Under the pieces are notes generated by a model. The model saw only the letters and a program-made list of their open reading frames with translations. It searched no databases and was not told where the DNA came from. Both the position numbers and the translations under genes were made by a program. Positions 10,442-23,569 of a stretch of 59,679 nucleotides of DNA are shown here, piece after piece. The stretch is taken from contig DF237489.1 in NCBI GenBank assembly GCA_000708835.1, positions 1-59,679 of the forward strand, given 5' to 3'. The stretch's first letter is position 1. Each line of letters opens with the position of its first letter. The DNA is from Klebsormidium nitens. Its lineage: Eukaryota > Plantae > Klebsormidiophyceae.

Positions 10442-13400
10442 TCAGGCATTCCGCAGATCGATGACCTCGCTGTGGTGGTGAATTGCATTGGCCTCCTCGC
10501 TGCCCCTCTGTGTGCATGTGGCACCCCCTCTCTGTCTCCTTGCCACGCCCCCCGCACAGCGCTTGCTGCGCTTGCGCCCTTCTTCTGCCCCTCCCTGGCA
10601 CAGAGAAGCGTGCCCGTCCACTTGGTACAGCTCGGTGAGGGATCGCACCTTCTGACTCTGTTGTGGGCCCCCTGGATGCCCTTCCATGGGACACGGGACC
10701 GGCTCCCCCACCAGGGGGCTGCTTTCACATGCCAGCACACTCTGATCCCTTGCAGCGAGCCCCTGTGCCTCTGCTTCTCCTCTGTGAGAAGCAGGGCCAT
10801 GCTCCGCCCCATCCTCAGGCTGCCCACTCTTACGGTCCCCCTGCGCAGCCTCTACCTTCCCCTCCCCCACCTCCAGGCAAGCAGCCCCGCCCGCACTCTC
10901 CCGACCTGTACTCGCACTCTGGGCAAGGGCATCGACGCTGGCAGCAGCTTGACCATTCCAGGACATCTCGTGCATGGGGCAATTGTGGGCGCTGCCTGCC
11001 TCGGGGGCCTGGGACCAGCCTGCGGAGCAGCAAGGCGGAAGCGAGAATGAGCTACCAGACAAGGAGGGCCAGCGGCAACACTCTCGATGCGTTAGGCCAT
11101 TTATGGCTACTTGGCGCCCAAAGCCTATATATTGACCTGTTTTTGATGTTTCTCGCTGTAGCTGGGAGACATGCCCAGCCCGCGGCCGTGGGAGACACTC
11201 GTCCCCGGAAGCAGCCTCTCATACTGGACGCGGCAAGCAGGGCCATTGAAGCTGAGCCAAACCAGCATTGTGACATTCAGCTTGCAATGCAGTGATTCGA
11301 AATGCGGGGTATGCAGTACCTGATGTGAGGCACGGCGCCGTGAGGTCCCCCCCCAGGAAGCCGTCCCAGTCCTGACCGTGGGGCGCCGCCAGCGGGTCCT
11401 CCAGGTCCAGCTCGTCGTCCACGGCAGCCAGGCCCACCGGGAACGCGTCTGCATGCATCGTAGCAAGGAATCAGGGGCACAGGGGCGTACGTCCTAGTGC
11501 AACCCATGCTGTGCCAGAGGGTGAGCATGACGAGCATGATGGCAAAGGTCCAGCATTTGACACCAGGAAAGCGGCCCACCACAGACTCCTGCGAACAACA
11601 CCGAGCGCGCTGTGGAGCACCCTCCAGGAGTGCTGCTCTCTCCCAGAGTGCGGCGCCCTGACCTGCGGCGGCAGTACACAGCTCGGTGTGGTCGTCCGCG
11701 AGGTAGCTCTGGATGGCCAGCTCGTCCGCGGACAGCTGGCGCTCCGGGGCGGGGCCCTCTCCGCCAAAGAGGTCCTCCATCAGGCCCGGCCCCCGCTTGC
11801 CGCTCTCCTTGGGCACAGCCTCGCTGTCCGCAGCCCCCTTCGGCGCCTCTCCGGGCAACTGCCCTGCCACCAGCGCGGCCTCCCCCGCGCGCGCCTTGCT
11901 GGTCAGTAGCACGGACATGCCACCGTGGGGCATCGGGTACGCGGTGAGGCCGGGGAGGGACGCGGGGAGGGAGTGGTACGCCGGGTCATCGTGCAGCAGG
12001 GGCGAGGAGCCCGGCGCGTGAGGGATGGCAGCTTCCCAGGCAGAGGAGTCCTTGATTGCGTCAAGCAGGTGAAGCGTGGAGTCACAGCCATAGAAAGCCC
12101 CCGTCCCCTTGGGAAGGTCGTGGTGCCAGGCAGGGGGTGTCGCAAAGGGCAGCCCTGAGGCCCCTTCAGACGGGGACACCCGGCCCGCTTGCTCTGAGGT
12201 CATGGTGGAAGTGAATGTAGGGAGGGGGGGCAGGAGGCTGTGCTGCTCGGCGTCGCCAGTAAACCTGGGAGCTGGAGCGGGGAAGAGGGGGCGGCTGTCG
12301 CTGGCGGAGGGCACGGCCAGCGAGGTGTGCTCGAAGGCGCCCAGGAAGCTGGCGGGGCTGCCGTTGCGGGACACGCCGGCGGGCCAGGAGCAGTCGCTGG
12401 AGGAGGGCAGGTCCAGCGCGGGCAGCGCGTCGGACGCCAGCAGCATGAGCAGGGTGGAGGGGCCACCCTCGGGCCCCGCCTGCAGGCCAAAGCTGGCCAG
12501 GCCCCCGGAGGCGCCGTTGAGGCGGGCGTTGAGGAGCGCCACGGCCGCGTGGCCAATGCGCAGCTCGGAGCCCTCGAGGGTGTGGCCCAGGCTGACCGAC
12601 AGGATGTGCGCCATGTCCGCCGAGGCTGCCACGCCGCATGCCTCGCACGGGCTCACAGCAACGCCCTTGTTGCTGTAGGCGGCTTCAGCAATCTGTGGGG
12701 GGGCGGCAGGCAGCAACGAGCATTTAGGCAGGGCTCTGGCCAAGCAAGCACAGCGCGCAGCGGGAATGCTGCAAGAGGCGAGGGCAGGTGCTGTCCCCGG
12801 TGGAACAGGTGAACCAGAGGGCTCCGGCAGAAGCCCATACACCCATCATTAACCAGCATGCCATCTGACCCTGCCCAGGTTTTGAACCGCCTGAAGGGTT
12901 TTAGTAGCCCACAACAAGCAAACCACAGCAAGAAAGTCAAGAAACAACTCTGCTAACCACCCAATCAGGAAACCCTGCTGATGCAACTCACAAGATGCAG
13001 CTCACAAGTGACAGCTTCTACCCACTCCACAGCGTTTGAAGCTCTGGCAAAAAGAAGGACGGGTAACTGCAGGCTCTGGTTCGTGCCTTCCCAAAAGTGC
13101 GGAAGAACCGGAAGGCGCCACTTGTTCTCCTACACATGGCAGCGCAGCAACAAGCATGCAGATCTAGGTGTCTTCCCGGCCCCCCTCATGATCCCCGCCC
13201 TACCTGCTCGAGGATGGAGCCTTTCAGCGGCGCGGCCCCTCGCACCACCTTGCGCACCTCCGCCACAATGCGCTCCAGCAGCTCCTGGGAGTGGTCCCCA
13301 CATGGCGGCGGCGACCCCAGGGATCCCCCACCAGTCCCGCCCTCCAGGCACCCTTCCTCAATTTTGAACCTGGGGCTTGCTGCGGCCTCCTCCTCGCCTG

Positions 13401-14181
13401 CTGCCATGGCTGGCTGCTTCGCCTCCTCCTGCGGGAGCTCCCTGCACATTGCGTCCAGCTTGGCCGCGATGTACCCTTCCAGCGAGGGGGGGCCGCTGCC
13501 GGGGGGCCGTGCCGGCCCCTCCTGGATGGCCTGCTTCACCAGTGTCAGCTGATGCGCATAGATGGTGCCAGGGGAAAGGGGCCCGGCCGCCACGGATCCT
13601 CTCTCGTCCTGCGGGCCCCGCGCCCCAGATGCCTCGCTTGCATGCGCCCCTCTGCTGAGTAATGCGCGAGAGTCCGTGCTGGTAGACCCCACCGTGCTGC
13701 TGGAGAGGGCCTCCTGCGCCCCCCCTCCGTCCGACCCTGTGGCGCTGCTCGAGCGCGCCTGCAGCACCGCCGACCCGGAGTCCTGTTCGTCCCTGGACCC
13801 CCCCCTCTCGCTATCACTGCACGAGGGGGCTGCCTGCGGTGCCACCCTCCTGCGTTGGCTGCGCAGCCCGCGTGCTCCCGCGCCCCCAGCCTCGCCCCCC
13901 CTCCTGGGTGTGCCACCCCACACCGAGGTCACCATCTGCACGCACTGCTCGACCTCCCTCTGGACCTCAATTGCGGGCTGTTTCCGGCAGGGCCCCACCC
14001 CGGGCTCCCCAACCCCTTCTGGCTGCAGCCAGGTGAGTAGGGGCGGGGGGCGCCTGGCCCTCCCCCTCTGCTTTCTTGCCGGCCTGGGCCTCTCTTGGGC
14101 CAGCAGGTCAGGGCCCCCGCCAGCATAAGGCAAAGCGGGCACCACCTTCACGGGGTCACCTCGGCGCTTTCCAGACGCCAT
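10442..14181 (-). CDS. Hypothetical protein, 904 aa, largely low-complexity with one ordered core; 4 exons
   Basis: Exons 14181-13204, 12692-11663, 11448-11320, 11019-10442 have GT-AG sites and consistent phases (2715 nt), and share the GC-rich exon composition of the other genes. Family not recognised. Confidence 0.7.
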
Positions 14182-15989
14182 CTCACGTTGGAACAAAGGT
14201 GACAATGTGATGTCAACACCCCTTCTGTGCTGACCTCAGCGTCACTGGGCTGCACAGTACACAAGCAGGGTTTTCCTTCAGGAGGATTCGTGCGCCCCAA
14301 AATGCAGGGTGAAATCACTTGATGGAAGTGAGGGATATTCTAAGCAACTGAAGCTGTGCCTAGCCTTTACCCCTGACGCGTCCCTTTGGCAGCTCACTTT
14401 TGCCCCATCACATTTACAACTAAGAGACGCCAAACTGGAACCAACAAATTGGTGATCACCAACCTGGCACCGAAGAGTGCGACACTTCTTAGCATTGGAA
14501 GAAAATCAATCTAGTGCTAACCAACTCAATGATGCCGAATTGACAAATCCCTTCTGATATGGTGCAGGGTTCGGGGGCCCTTCAAGTTGAAAGGAGGCAA
14601 ATGTATTTTGAATGTGACGCCTGGACCAATCAACAATTTGTGGTGCCAGCAAAGCAGGGGATAGATTTTCTTGCAATGCTGAGGTCTCTCACCAGAGTGT
14701 GCGCTCGGATGCCCCATGTTTAGCTTGGCACCTCCGTCTAGCGGGGACAGCGACGGGTTGCAGGTAGGAGCTGCGGCCAGTCCTTCTCAGCCAGACAGGA
14801 GCCAGACAAGGATCGTGCTTCAGGTCGAAATGATCAAGCGAGGGAGACCGGAGCTGTTCTCAATCCTCGCTGTTTCTACAACTTTGAAGCCACAGTTGGA
14901 TCTCAATTCGCGAACCGAGACTCATCAGATGATCAGACCGTAGACGTCTTCTGTTTTGAGTTCTTTTGCAAGGATCGAACTCCACCCGGCCAGACGGCTG
15001 TCAGTGTCGAACCGAGCAGGCCCGCCAAGTTGCCAATTGCGGGGCTGCCAGTTTCAGGTTTCGACTCGCCGCCGCTCGGTGATTCTGAGAGCTTGACCGG
15101 GTGACATCACGTGCTCCACCTTGCCAGATGGACACTCCACATTCAACCTGAAACCTCACGCAATCATCGATGCCACGAGGTAATCATGAGATTTGTTTAC
15201 CTCCAGCAAGCCCGGGCAAACGCACCGAGGTTAATTATAACCAAAGATGCGCGCAACTCGTGCACCGGTCGGTCCGTTCCTGACTGGCCAGTGGCGATAT
15301 GAGACGACTCAAGAGTCAAGACAGCGCGTCGAACGACTCCGAAGGGCTCCGTACGCCAGGCTCACTCGACAACGAAGGACTCACCGGCGTCAGCAGCCTC
15401 TAATCATTGTTGAACAAGTTGCCCATACCGGTGACACGTGGTGGGTTTGCGCTTTGCACATCCAAGCTTGTTTGGCTTTTGTCTGTGCAGTGTGCCCGGT
15501 CATCCCCCAGTTAGGGGATTTCGGCAGATTGAGAAGTCAGAATATCAAGAGCATGTTCTGCTGCACAGAGAGGTGCACACGTGACTTGTCAGTGGTGACT
15601 GCAAGACTGAAGTGTGCACATGCATTTCCGCAACACCGGGTTTTCCGCGCAGCCTTCTGAGAAAACATGACAGTTTAGGCGTCGAAATGGTTAGAAGGTA
15701 ATACATAGCAGAGATGCTAAACCCAAAATCCTACTGGATACACGCTTTCAGAGTCACATGACTGCAACTGGAACTGAGGTACCGTCCGGTAGAGCCTACC
15801 GGCCTGGTTGGTATATCGCCTTTAGATCAGATCTGGCTATTCTTATACGGTGGCAGCACTGAGCTCGGGGAGGATGGGCAAACTGGGTTGATCCTAGACT
15901 CCAGGGTTTCCAGCTTCCCTAAATCCACGGTATGGGACTGCGTTTCGACGCAAACCTAGTTATACCACTCGAAATCCGGAAAACAGACA

Positions 15990-17110
15990 ACAGGTACCTA
16001 ATACCTATAAATCGTAGGTAGGTACCTAGGCAGTAACTCTATGAATCATGATGTAGGTAGGTAATAAGGTCAATAATGCAGCCATTGTACCTATCAGTTG
16101 TTTGGGCCGGTACCGAAGCACGGCTGCAGTGTGCACGATCCTATCGAACGTCGTCGAAGCTTGTCTGATGCCCCGAAGTTTTCTACCGACTGTATGGTAA
16201 AAGCCTTAAAGGTTTACCTGGCACAGTGATGGCCATCCAAATATCATTCATGGCGCCGATGATGGCGGCCTACGCTGTTCGACGTTTGTAGCATTATCGG
16301 AAGCCCGAGCCCCCGGTTCACACCAGGACTGGGGTTTGAAAGCGACGGATCGAAAAAAAACGGAAGTGTAGATATCTTCGGAGCTGACTCTGGATGACGA
16401 GCGCAGAATATCGACTAAGCGTACCCAACCGCGTCGAACGTTGAAACTGCTCTCGTGCTGTTGCGACAGGGCAAGAACATAGGAATCTGCCACGTGTAAG
16501 GAATGACGGTCGTCGATATCGGTTCCAGGATTTACGGCCGTACACTGCCGAAGACTTTTATTAAATNNNNNNNNNNNNNNNNNNNNNNNNNNNNNNNNNN
16601 NNNNNNNNNNNNNNNNNNNNNNNNNNNNNNNNNNNNNNNNNNNNNNNNNNNNNNNNNNNNNNNNNNNNNNNNNNNNNNNNACATGCTTCCAAGTTCCGAC
16701 TTTCTCGATATGCGCCTCAAAACCGCCATACTATATCTGCAGGTGGATCACTAAATAGACACTGATGTTATCCTACAAGATTCCCAATCGACGGTTGAAG
16801 TTGGTCAAGGGCTCAAGGACAGCTGATGCACTTCAAAGTTCAATGGTGCTCATGGTGCGCCATGTGCACAGTGCACACTGTGCACGGGTGACGGCAGCCA
16901 CCCACAGGCTGTACGGTAACACGGGTACCGGTAGACGGCGGTAGTTGTACTAGGTACCTGGTACCTAGTCCGGAGTCCGCCGGAGTAAGGAGACGAGTCG
17001 CGTGGGAGGGAAAGTCGGGAGTCGGGACTCGGGAGTCAGACTCGGGAGTACCTACTACCGGTACCCTAGCGGGGAGGTACCTAGCAGGTACCTACCTAGT
17101 ACCGTACATA
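15990..17110. repeat. GGTACC/GGTAGGTA-rich and TCGGGAG-periodic low-complexity repeats flanking the assembly gap
   Basis: GGTACC and TAGGTA motifs are dense at about 15990-16070 and 16920-17110; TCGGGAG/TCGGGAC units recur at 17015-17047. Confidence 0.6.
16567..16680. other. Assembly gap (114 N)
   Basis: Run of n characters in the sequence. Confidence 1.
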
Positions 17111-19063
17111 GTACCCCACTGTCAGGCACAGTCAGGGGCAACAGGCAACGAAGTGTTCACACAGACTGTTCACTCTTAAAGATTCAGAAGCCCCGGGCAC
17201 ACAAACTAAGAAACCTAACCCAAAATTCACGCGCTCCGCTCCTCGGCCAACCCACCCTAACCACCAAGGCAACCCTACCTGTCCCCTGGGTGTTTACTAG
17301 TGAACATTGCGTTCAGTGAACACGTTACACTTCCGTTGCCAGAATCCGTCACCAACTCATCACACGAGTTGCCGCGTAAGTAACAGGCTCTGATTGGCAG
17401 AGCTCTGAATAGCTGCGCGGCAGTTGTAATCATGGGCGTTTCTTACGGCGCAATCTTGTAATAAGTAGTCGTCACGTGGGTTGCCAGCTCGCGGTCAATG
17501 CCAGTGACGACTCTTCCCAATTATGCAATTCATGACGGCAGCATACAGTACCGGACCCCGGTATGATATTTGCGTATACGTCATGGGCCGTTCAATTCAA
17601 GTTAATCTAGGTCAAACAGCCGTACATTCGCTTGACTTTATACTCGATGTTCTCGTGAAGGTCGCCTGTTGAAGCTTATAGCCATATTGGAGCTTCTATA
17701 TTGATTCCAAAGTTCGTCCATTGCAGTCAAAGTGGAAACTGCGCTTCAGCTTTCAATCAATTCTATTGGAAATTCAAACAGTTCTCATTGCATGAGTCGT
17801 GCGTTCAGCTGGTGGCCTTTCAAAAGTGGAAATCCAGTGGGCGGCAGGAGTCTGAGTGGCGAGGATCCATGAGCAGGCGGTGCAGTCCGATCTCGTGATA
17901 AGCCAGGCTGGTGGGATCTCTCCTACTTCCAGCGTAGCATGGAGACAAACTGTACTATTGTGTCCTCTTACTAATCGCCTACATATCATCCGCTCCTACT
18001 TTTTGTGTGCTGATCCGTGTGCCACAACTAGGTAAAACTCTGTGCATACAACACATGTACCAATGGAATATTACAAGAGGTGTTCCAACCAACCGGCTTA
18101 AGCTAACGGTGCCATGGAGCTACGGCTCATTCATTTTGCATTGTAGGACAATGTCTTGCGATCTCATAGCTTGCAGTTGCGAAATCGACCCATGCTAGAA
18201 CCATATGATGTCTCATGACCTAGGCCTGCTGCGGCCAATTTGCTGTCCATTGTAGAACGCCCAACGCCTCTCTACCACCACTCACAGCATTGAATTCACA
18301 ACACCTTTTCCCCCTCAAAACCTGAGGTGCGCTTTTTATGTCATCACACAAGTCTTGAAGCGTCAAGGCTCATCAGAGGCCCAGCATCATCCGCGCTCGA
18401 ATGGTCTTCATGTGGAACTGCTTCTCCAACCCTCGGACTAATAAAGGTAGCAAGCTCATGTCACTACCTTTTGAGGGTTGGATTTTTGTACTTTGTTAAA
18501 AACTCGGTCTAAATCGGCCATGGGCTCAGATGCATAAGCGTGCATAAAAAGCAAATGACCAACAGCCAAAAGTACTTGTGGTGTGAGATCCGAGAGAAGC
18601 AAAATAGGATGGAAAAACCTGCGCTCGAATGGTGCTACAGGAGATTGAAGCCGCCGAAATGGCCTCGGCAGCTTGAACACGTATGGAGGATGTCTTCCCT
18701 GTATCACGCAAGATCGTTGAAAGCCCTCGCACGGGTGCCAGCGATGTTGACTCGCAATGCATGAGGTCGTGATTGCGGTGTCCATTTAACAGTTCTGGGA
18801 TGCAAAATCCGCGTTTGCAAAACCTAGACTTGCAGCCCACAGGGTTATTCTTGACTGGATCCATAAGGTAGATTCCATTCGGTTTGACTCATCTTCTAGA
18901 TACCTTAATGTGTGTAGCTTACCTTATACCAAGCCGTCCGAGCACTTGTGTGGGTATTCCCTATCACCAAGTGTGGGGTGTCGGGTTGTTCCGACCGGGT
19001 AGCAATTCCCTGCTCCTTTAATGACCTGTGCGCCGCAGGATGTGTGCCGCCTTGCCAGCGAGC

Positions 19064-22000
19064 TCAGCACCGCAGCAGGTGCAGCGGCACATCCAGAGAG
19101 GCCACCTGCACCGCACCCCGCCCCGCACACAGTCAGTGTCCGGGAGCAACGCCGCAACCATAGGCACGGCGATGCACGCAGACACACGGGCTATCTGGCG
19201 CCATCGGAGGTTGGCAACCCCGCCTCGCGAAGCGGCATAAGCGCTGCTGCGCGACTCACCACGGTGTCGGGGCGAGCCTCAGTGGCGGCGTCAGGCCGGA
19301 GCGCCCACTTGCGGGGCGGCTCTGCGATGAAGGTGAGCTGCACACGCGCGCGGAAGGCCACCGAGAAAGCACTGCACACAGCGCAACATGCGGCGTCATT
19401 CTGCGGCATGGCGAAGGCAGGGGATGCAAAACACGGAGCTCCGCGAGAAGACTCTTTATGCGAAGCAGCTGAGCGAGAGCGCCGGACGGCGGCCAGCCAC
19501 GGGCACAACGCATGGGGCAGCATTTGCAGGGGAAAGGGACGACAGCCGCTGCGGCGCGAGGCGCACTCCGCGGAGAGGGTGGGGCAGGTGAGCAGGCGGG
19601 GCAGCACGACGTGGAGGGGAAGCGCCAGGCCCGCGGGAGGGGCGCCGTCCGCAATCTGCACGGCAAGGGGGCGGCGAGGGAAGGCAGGGTGAGGTGTCCG
19701 GGCGGACACTCAAGCGGACGACAACAGGGGATCAGCGACACGTGGAGGGGAAGCGCGCGGGAAAGGAGGCGCCGCCAGGCTGAGCAGCAACTTTTGGTGT
19801 TCGCTTCTCATATGGTGGACTCCCGAGTGTTCATTTGTTTGACGCTTGGTTTGAAGACCTCGACATCGGATTCGAAGAGAGCTGACGAAAGATTGCTCAA
19901 GGAATTTCAGATATTGACACCACCGTTAATGCCGATCTTATTGGGCGCCCGCTCTCCCCCCTCTTGAGTGATAACCAAAAGGTGGTTAATGCGAGCGCGG
20001 GTGCGTACCTGCGTCGTCTGCACGTCCGTGACCTCTGTGGCCATGCGGCCCCCCACGCGCACCGCCTCCACGCGCAGCACCTGCAGCCAGCACGACGGCG
20101 CCCACGTCAGAGCAGCGGCGACGGGAAAACAGCGACACCGCCTCAGACGACCTTGCAGCCCGCCCAAGGATAGAAAGGTGATGCCCGTCACCTAAACCTC
20201 GACAATCCAGCCAGCTGGCAGCGAGGCCTGAGCCCCCTCCGCCCGTGAGTCCAAGATGAAAACACAGGAGATACGGGCGGTCCCTGCTCAAAGTCCTGTG
20301 CTGTTCAAAGCTGCCAACAAGACGGCAAAGGCCTCCCTGCATCCCTCGCCAGCCTTCAAGGAGGAGCATGCACCCGTCCCTGACTGCTGAACACGCTCAC
20401 GCCATCATCACCATTGGTGCACACAGTTTCCATTGCCGCAATGATGCCCGTTTTTAAGGCTCGGGGCGGCCATTCCCGTCGGCTGACCTGCAGGTCGATG
20501 GAGTGCAGCTGCGTGCCGCAGTGGTCCAGGCGCAGCTCGCCCGTCAGAGGCTCCGCCAGGCAGCACCGCGTGGCCACGCGGCCCGACACCTGGAACCCCG
20601 CTGCGCAAAGACAAGGGGGAAGGGGGACATCGGTAAGAGGAGGGATGAATTGACTGTACGCACGACGGCGGGTGCGTGGGTGAAGCGAACGGACGACCGC
20701 GGGAGTCTGAGGCGCATATCACGTTAGCACTTGTAAAGAGCCAAAGTTAAAGACAGTGATCACGTCTCAAGGGAAAGATTCAGTAAGAAGAGGCTAGAAT
20801 TAGACGCCTGTTCGCCCACTTGGTCGACCACGTCCAATCGCGAACTAGCTGCGTGCCAGACTCGGCCGACTTGACAACCTCTGTGTTCATCACCAGACCA
20901 AGTTGCTCACGACAGCTGAATCTTAAGACGTTGACACTAATCAGCAGACGCATTGACGTGTGAGACGTCCACAGGCGGCTCACCCGCTCGTATGGCTGAG
21001 CCCAACGCTTCGGGCTGGTTGTCCGGGGTGAGAGCAAAGTCCACGAAGGTCGGGTCGGGGGGAGGCCGACGACCTGCAACAATGGGGCAGCAGTGGGAGG
21101 ACACTAAAGATGAGAGGAACACACAAGTGAAGCCGCAAGAACAGAACATAGGGTACCCGCCAGAAGTGTGCCAATGGAAGGCCCCTTGAAAACATCTGAG
21201 CCGCGACGTAAGTGTCAAGAGCAGATTCTTTTCCAATCACAGCAACTGAAAGCAGGAGAATTTGAGGACATCAGGATCAAGGACTCAGGAGTTGTTCTGC
21301 AGGCACGACAGGGCCCTCCATGTTGGGTCACAAAACATAATGACTCTGCTCGAACAGGAGGATGGTCCTGGCCGTTGCTCCGTTTGCCACATGAGGCGCT
21401 GCCTGCACGAGCCTCACCGCGGGGTCCTTCAATGATGAACTCGGCAGAGGCCTGCAGCGTGCGCTTGAGCACTGGCCGTCGAACCTCCACAGAGATTGCA
21501 TATGTCACGCTGACATAAGCGCCGTGGTACGTCTCCAGCAGCACTGACGACGACTCTGCCGGGTCGAGCTTCACGCTGAAGGGTATCTGGGACAGCCACA
21601 AACAAAAGGTGATCAGATGTAGGTGAACAAGCAACAACGAGGTTGGCCTTACATGTTGTAAGATCCTGATGAGATTTGAAAGCTGAAGATTGCACCCGTT
21701 GTAATTGGGGGGAAAGTGTCAATTTCGGCTCACCTGGTTGGTAGGCCCTTCCAGCTGGCCCGCAGGAGCCGCCTCAAAGTGAGAGGAGCTGCACACAGGC
21801 ACGGGCCACAAGACAGGGTGAGCGTCACCGCTCAAACTGTGAGCAGCAGGGGGGACCATGTGCCAAAGGGCTTTGGCTGCCGATGGGGCCGACGAAACTC
21901 GTCACGTGTCCAGAGGCTGTCTGGATGGATGGGACTGCTCAAGCCAGAAACAAGTACCAAAGATTTATTTGATGCTTAGCGACTGATGTGATGGTGCGAT

Positions 22001-22806
22001 GAGCAGTCGCCAATCCTTCCGCAGCAGACAAGGCCCGAGGGGACACGGAGGTATGACAGAGTGGGCTGCTCACAGGAGGGGGATAGGCTTGACGTTGCTG
22101 TAGAGGGACTCCAACACACCCAACGCCTTGCTGCTCAACTGCAAGACGGGGGACCCAGTCTCCGGTGAGCTGAGAAACTTGCTCCGTGCTGCTACTAATG
22201 GTTTACCTGACTGCAAAAGGTGAATCAAGCAGCATAGCCATTTTACTGGGCCATGGGACTCAACAAAGCACAGTAGTGTTCTTGGGGGCAACAGCTCTAG
22301 TAAACGGTGCAGAAAAGAACTTCGTATGTTAAAACAAAGTCAACTTTGACCGCCATTCTCGGAGAGCAATGGGATCCCTTCCTTCTTCTGGCAAGCTGAC
22401 CCCCAATCCCAGGTATGACGCACTCACTTAGCCCATACTACATCGGTCCATCACTGTGCAAGTCTCAGAAAAGCAACCGCATTGGACGAGGCCACACTCA
22501 TCACCATGCTTGAAGTAATTGGTGGCAGTGGTGGCAAGGTCACTTTGTTCCTCATAAGCCCAAGTTGTTTCGACAGGAAACTTGCTGCCCTGATTGCGGC
22601 CCGAGATGCCCCCTGCAGATCCACCTAAAGAGCTTTATGTGCGCCATTCCACTGACCTGCAGGTTGACCGTCCCTTCAGCCTTGACCCAGATGCCTAGGT
22701 GGGGCAGCGTGGGGTGGGGCGTGCGCACCGTGATGATGCCCTCGAGCAGCTCGCCGGGGTGGAAGATGCGGTCAACACGCAGCAGCTTCACCTCCACGCT
22801 GGACAT
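19064..22806 (-). CDS. VPS26C: VPS26C/DSCR3 (retriever complex subunit, arrestin fold), 10 exons
   Basis: MSSVEVKLLRVDRIFHPGELLEGIITV...EGTVNLQ, LLETYHGAYVSVTYAI, PLTGELRL...SIDLQVLRVE...TDVQTTQIADG...LPRLLTCPTL and VPLHLLRC* match the DSCR3 motif order. All inferred introns are GT-AG. Confidence 0.92.
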
Positions 22807-22976
22807 CGCATATCGAGCAGAAAAGATCAGGGCAAGCAGTGGGGAGACTCAGAGTCGGATACCTTCATCTGCAACCAGCGTCCTGAATCAGTTGCACGTT
22901 CTGGCCTCTTCTGCAAATTCCAATGTGCCCCATGCAGGGCCATCCACTTTCAAGCATCTCCGCATTGCAATCTGCA

Positions 22977-23569
22977 CAGTAATAAAAGTGCCAAATTCCA
23001 GGGACGAATAGGTCCGATGATAATCCCTGATCGGCGGACAAATCGGGCCTATGACACTTGACAAAAGGGGGTGGCACCGCCGTTGCATCGCAAACCGTCC
23101 GATCGGCGACGCACGGTCCGATATCGACCGTGGTCGACGCGACCGTGTCGACCCACAAAGTTGCTCGTCGCGACCGTCTGAATTGCAGTACATAAGGGCA
23201 GGGGGTGGGGTGTTGGTTCGCGACGGCTTGCCCCGGGTGCCACCAGACTGCAAGTCCACTAGCATTACGCGGCTGCATTAGGGTCTCGCACACCGCCCGG
23301 GGAGCAACCGGGCCCTCCCTGTGACATTAGGGTCTCGCGGGCAACCGAGTGACAACCGGGCACTTCCCTGAGACAACCGGGCCTTCCCGCTTTAGGGTTA
23401 CACCATTGCGACTAGCAACCGAGCAAGTCCTTTTAGTTTTAGTGTATGCCCGGGGATTCCCTGTGTCTCTAGGACACTGGATACCAACAGTGTCATAGGC
23501 CCGATTTGTCCGCCAATCGGGGATTATCATCGGACCTATTTGTCCCTTGGATTTCGACTTTTATACCTC
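22977..23569. mobile_element. Non-autonomous TIR DNA transposon (MITE-like), 593 bp, about 81-bp TIRs, 8-bp TSD
   Basis: Left arm 22977-23058 and right arm 23489-23569 are inverted repeats; the inner 52 nt differ at 2 positions. AATCTGCA is duplicated at 22969-22976 and 23570-23577 (CAATCTGCA if 9 bp). No transposase-sized ORF inside. Confidence 0.88.

Noticed and set aside
14960-15000. tRNA/SINE B-box-like GAGTTCGATCC on the minus strand
   Set aside because: No T-stem pairing, A-box or cloverleaf.
17205-17265. Telomere-like CCTAACCC motifs
   Set aside because: Isolated degenerate units, not a tandem array.
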